The position numbers were made by a program, and so were the translations under genes. From the IMG/VR virus record IMGVR_UViG_3300037486_000510, positions 13,287 through 77,286 of that record: a DNA stretch of 64,000 nt; one strand, written 5' to 3'. The DNA is from a virus. Lineage: Duplodnaviria > Caudoviricetes. Positions 61,192 to 64,000 of the stretch are shown here, piece after piece; within the stretch, counting starts at the first letter, position 1; the number at the start of each line of letters is the position of its first letter. The notes under the pieces are model-generated. The model made no database searches. It had not been told where the DNA came from and saw nothing but the letters and a program-made list of their open reading frames with translations.

Positions 61192-61827
61192 ATGGATCAT
61201 CAAAAAATTTATGAGTCTTTAATTCAGAAAGCAAAATCTGAAAATAGAATTAGGTTAAAGAAAACTAATGCTAATTATATTTATTATGAAAATCATCATA
61301 TTCTTCCAAAATGTTTAAATGGAAGTGATGAAAAAATTAATTTAGTATTATTAACAGCAAGAGAGCATTTTGTATGTCATAAATTATTAACATATATCTA
61401 TAAAGGAAATAGAAAAATTGCAATGGCATTTCATAGAATGACATTTAATAAAAATAGAAATTACAATAAATCATCAAGAGATTATGAATACGCTCGACAA
61501 ATATTAAAAATCCCATTATCAAATGAAACAAAAAATAAAATGAGAAATGCGCATTTAGGGGTGCCTAAATCTGAAGAACATATAAATCATATGAAAGGAA
61601 ATAAAAATTGTTTGGGCTACAAACATACTACTATTGCAAAAGAAAAAATTACTAAAGCGTTGCAATTAAGAGTAGGAGAAAAAAATCCCAATTTTGGAAA
61701 ACCAGCTTGGAATAGAGGTATTCATGTTTCTGAGGAATCTAAACAAAAGAATAGGCAATCGCATTTAGGAAAAATTCCTTGGAATAAAGGTTTAAAATTA
61801 AATACTAATAAAAACATTTGTGGATAA
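61192..61827 (+). mobile_element. HNH homing endonuclease with NUMOD3-like repeats (Mob-like)
   Basis: YYENHHILPKCLNGSD..NLVLLTAREHFVCHKLL; ETKNKMRNAHLG; PWNKG. Confidence 0.9.
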
Positions 61828-62577
61828 AATTGAACTTTTTGCTGCCTCAACTAATCCCACATTTATCCCAGGAGTACACGGCATCTTAGAATCAAGCGCG
61901 CTAGCCATGGTAGATAATAATGCTATAAGTGCTTCTCCGGCAACACCTCTTTGATATGGGCCAGATCCAATCTTTGTAGCTTGTGCTCCATTGACTACAA
62001 CTTCATCTGCAGTTACTTCTACTTTCGCAGCAGCAGCTATTTTAACTTCATTTTTTGTAGCTACGTTTATAACATCACCATCCATTTGAATAAGAGAATC
62101 TCCGTTAGGAGTTTGTAGCGTTATTAGTGTATCTGGAGTTATTTGAATAAATGATTCTTTATGATAAATTTGAAATCCACTTTTTGGTTGATAAATTACA
62201 GTAAGTTCTTCCATTGGATCATGCAAAAGAACATGAGTTCCTGGATAATCATCTTTAATTCTTTGTATTAAATCAGTATCAATATTTTGAATTGTTGTAT
62301 ATTCAGGAGCATAAATATCTCCATTATTGAATTGAACTCTAACAAATTGTCCAAGTTTAGGAATTGATAAAGACCCTGCGCCATCTCCTGCAAATATAGT
62401 TGAATTAATGGGAACTGCCCAAGGTATATGCTCTGGCAAAGTATTGTCCATTAATCCCAAAACTCTAATTTGAGCACGTCCAGAAAATGTAGTATCTTTA
62501 TTATTAACTACTACGCCAATCCAATCATTGTCGTGTAAATCATGTTGTACAAAATCTATATCAGGTGTATAAGCCAT
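61798..62577 (-). CDS. gp5: Baseplate hub/spike, T4 gp5 N-terminal OB-fold type (no lysozyme domain)
   Basis: WIGVVVNNKD..SGRAQIRVLG..IPWAVP..IPKLGQFVRVQFNNGDIYAPEY. Confidence 0.8.
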   Translation of the reverse strand: MAYTPDIDFVQHDLHDNDWIGVVVNNKDTTFSGRAQIRVLGLMDNTLPEHIPWAVPINSTIFAGDGAGSLSIPKLGQFVRVQFNNGDIYAPEYTTIQNIDTDLIQRIKDDYPGTHVLLHDPMEELTVIYQPKSGFQIYHKESFIQITPDTLITLQTPNGDSLIQMDGDVINVATKNEVKIAAAAKVEVTADEVVVNGAQATKIGSGPYQRGVAGEALIALLSTMASALDSKMPCTPGINVGLVEAAKSSILSTNVFISI

Positions 62578-62605
62578 ATTGTAATATCTTTATTATGAAT
62601 ATATT

Positions 62606-63304
62606 TTATTCTATAAATCCTCGTTTGGTTAATAATGTTGTTACTCTAATTCTATAATAACGCTCTTTCCAATGTTTAGCTTTAAGTAATAAATGTTCTC
62701 CTGGTTTAGCGCCATTATCTAATAAAACTCTCATTGCTTTTGTTTTTCCGTTTTGAGCTGCTACATCTAACGCACTAGTACCAATTTCGCCTTTAACATC
62801 AACTCCTGCATTAATTAAAATTTTAACTATTTCTTCTTTTCCATATCTACATGCAGTTCTTAAAAAAATATTATTATTAAAACTTGGATCTATTCCCGTT
62901 TCTAAAAAGTATTTAAATATAGGTTTATTATTATAAGATATGGAATAACGTACATTATTGGCGTCATCTTTAAGTGGATCTACGTTATATTTTTCTATAA
63001 ATAATTTAACTATGTCTATTTTATCATTTCTAATAGCTCTCCATAATGCTGTACTCATAGATCTATCATCAAGATGCATTTGTGATAATAAATAATCTAC
63101 AAATTCAGTTTTTCCGTGATTTGTGCAAAATACTAATTTATCTTGCATTTTACTAAAATCTTGAGAATATCTGTTTTGTGAAGTTTCTTGTTTAATATAA
63201 TCGTCAATTACAGCAAGCATTCCAATGCCCATATCATGTACTGGATCTGAATCTTCTGTGAATTTTTCATTTAGCCAATTATCATATGATTTAAATTTAT
63301 TCAT
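62606..63304 (-). CDS. Ankyrin-repeat protein with NEKF-DP leader
   Basis: LNEKFTEDSDPVHDMGIG; ALWRAIRNDKIDIVKLFI, LRTACRYGKEEIVKILINAGVD, ALDVAAQNGKTKAMRVLLDNGA. Confidence 0.85.
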   Translation of the reverse strand: MNKFKSYDNWLNEKFTEDSDPVHDMGIGMLAVIDDYIKQETSQNRYSQDFSKMQDKLVFCTNHGKTEFVDYLLSQMHLDDRSMSTALWRAIRNDKIDIVKLFIEKYNVDPLKDDANNVRYSISYNNKPIFKYFLETGIDPSFNNNIFLRTACRYGKEEIVKILINAGVDVKGEIGTSALDVAAQNGKTKAMRVLLDNGAKPGEHLLLKAKHWKERYYRIRVTTLLTKRGFIE

Positions 63305-64000
63305 TGCTGTAATTTACTATTAGTTGCTTTACTTATTGGTGGTTGTTCTAACGGTTCTTGATCTAATTTCTTATTCATACTTGTCGTAGATTCTCCTTCT
63401 ATAATTTGAGTAACTGGTATATTTTTTATTTTAACACTTGGCTGCGCTGTTTGTAATACTTTAGGATTTTCTATCCAACTGGTTTTTTTACTTAAAGTTG
63501 CTGTTTTAAGTACAGGCTCATTTATTTCAGAAGATAATTGACTAGATGGCGCCGGCTGATTCATTGCGTCGTGTATAGTTCCTGATAAATTAATGGAAGG
63601 TATTGTTTTATTAAGGCCCGAAGTTTCTGTATTAGTTGACAATTTTTCTGAAGGCACTGCAGATTCTAATCCTGAGGTTTCAGCTCTTGAAGATAGTTTT
63701 TCTGAAGGCATTGCAGATTCTAATCCTGAGGTTTCAGCTCTTGATAATAGTTTTTCTGAAGGCATTGCAGATTCTAATCCAGAAATTTCAGTTTTAGACG
63801 ATAGTTTTTCTGAAGGCATTGCAGATTCTAATCCTGAGGTTTCAGCTCTTGATAATAGTTTTTCTGAAGGCATTGCAGATTCTAATCCTGAGGTTTCAGC
63901 TCTTGATGATAATTTTTCTGATGCTGCAGCAGATTCTAATCCAGAAGTTTCAGCTCTTGATGATAATTTTTCTGAAGGCTGAATTGTTTCTAATCCTGAA
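63301..64000 (-). CDS. C-terminal part of a Ser/Glu-rich tandem-repeat protein (start lies beyond window)
   Basis: Frame is open from 63999 through the ORF-track ATG at 63873; ATGA overlap with ankyrin gene. Confidence 0.75.
   Translation of the reverse strand, partial: SGLETIQPSEKLSSRAETSGLESAAASEKLSSRAETSGLESAMPSEKLLSRAETSGLESAMPSEKLSSKTEISGLESAMPSEKLLSRAETSGLESAMPSEKLSSRAETSGLESAVPSEKLSTNTETSGLNKTIPSINLSGTIHDAMNQPAPSSQLSSEINEPVLKTATLSKKTSWIENPKVLQTAQPSVKIKNIPVTQIIEGESTTSMNKKLDQEPLEQPPISKATNSKLQQ
63600..64000 (-). repeat. 54-bp (18-aa) tandem repeat, at least 7 copies
   Basis: TCTGA anchors at 63647, 63701, 63755, 63809, 63863, 63917, 63971; PSEKL[SL]SRAETSGLESAM. Confidence 0.95.

Noticed and set aside
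63593-63982. Plus-strand 129-aa repeat ORF (DNSFSEGIADSNPEVSAL)
   Set aside because: Antisense shadow of the 54-bp repeat; the minus frame is coupled to the ankyrin gene and fits local gene direction
63600-64000. CRISPR array
   Set aside because: Units are contiguous with no unique spacers and keep a reading frame
1-64000. Stop-codon reassignment as in some large phages
   Set aside because: Long ORFs are intact in code 11, and TAG (10632) and TGA (41110, 56575) end genes at tight junctions
1-64000. tRNA or rRNA genes
   Set aside because: Intergenic gaps are short and AT-rich; no cloverleaf with T-loop GTTC seen; the 8963-9041 structure is not tRNA-like

Overview
Segment of a very AT-rich, T4-like (myovirus) jumbo-phage genome read in the standard code (TAA, TAG and TGA all end genes). 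No tRNA, rRNA, CRISPR array or host housekeeping block was seen. Left end: replication and lysis genes (5' part of a gp61-like primase missed by the ORF track, gp32-like SSB, amidase, RuvC-like nuclease). Middle: a long minus-strand virion/fibre operon (tube-like protein, BACON/FN3 paralogs, large baseplate-type proteins, 8 LamG domains, a triple beta-helix lyase-like protein), a ribosomal protein S1 homologue, then plus-strand neck gp13, baseplate gp25/gp6/gp7-like and FN3-repeat genes and an Hsp20. Right end: a glycan operon (4-domain glycosyltransferase, kinase-methyltransferase fusion, NDP-sugar epimerase, two tiny unannotated lipoproteins), gp5-like OB hub, an ankyrin protein and a 54-bp tandem-repeat ORF. 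Four free-standing homing-type endonucleases are interspersed. BACON/FN3 modules and a CPAY lipoprotein suggest a Bacteroidota host (inference). Strongest candidates for new biology: (1) a D-x-S motif heavily over-used in outer virion proteins together with a glycosyltransferase operon under the same promoter, suggesting phage-encoded virion O-glycosylation; (2) a constant NEKF..DP..D.GIG N-terminal tag on unrelated cargo proteins; (3) an Hsp20 transcript whose 5' and 3' ends are complementary; (4) a fixed-spacing TTAACA-N5-TTAACA-N8-AAAACT-N16-ATATA promoter. All counts are hand counts; no databases were searched.
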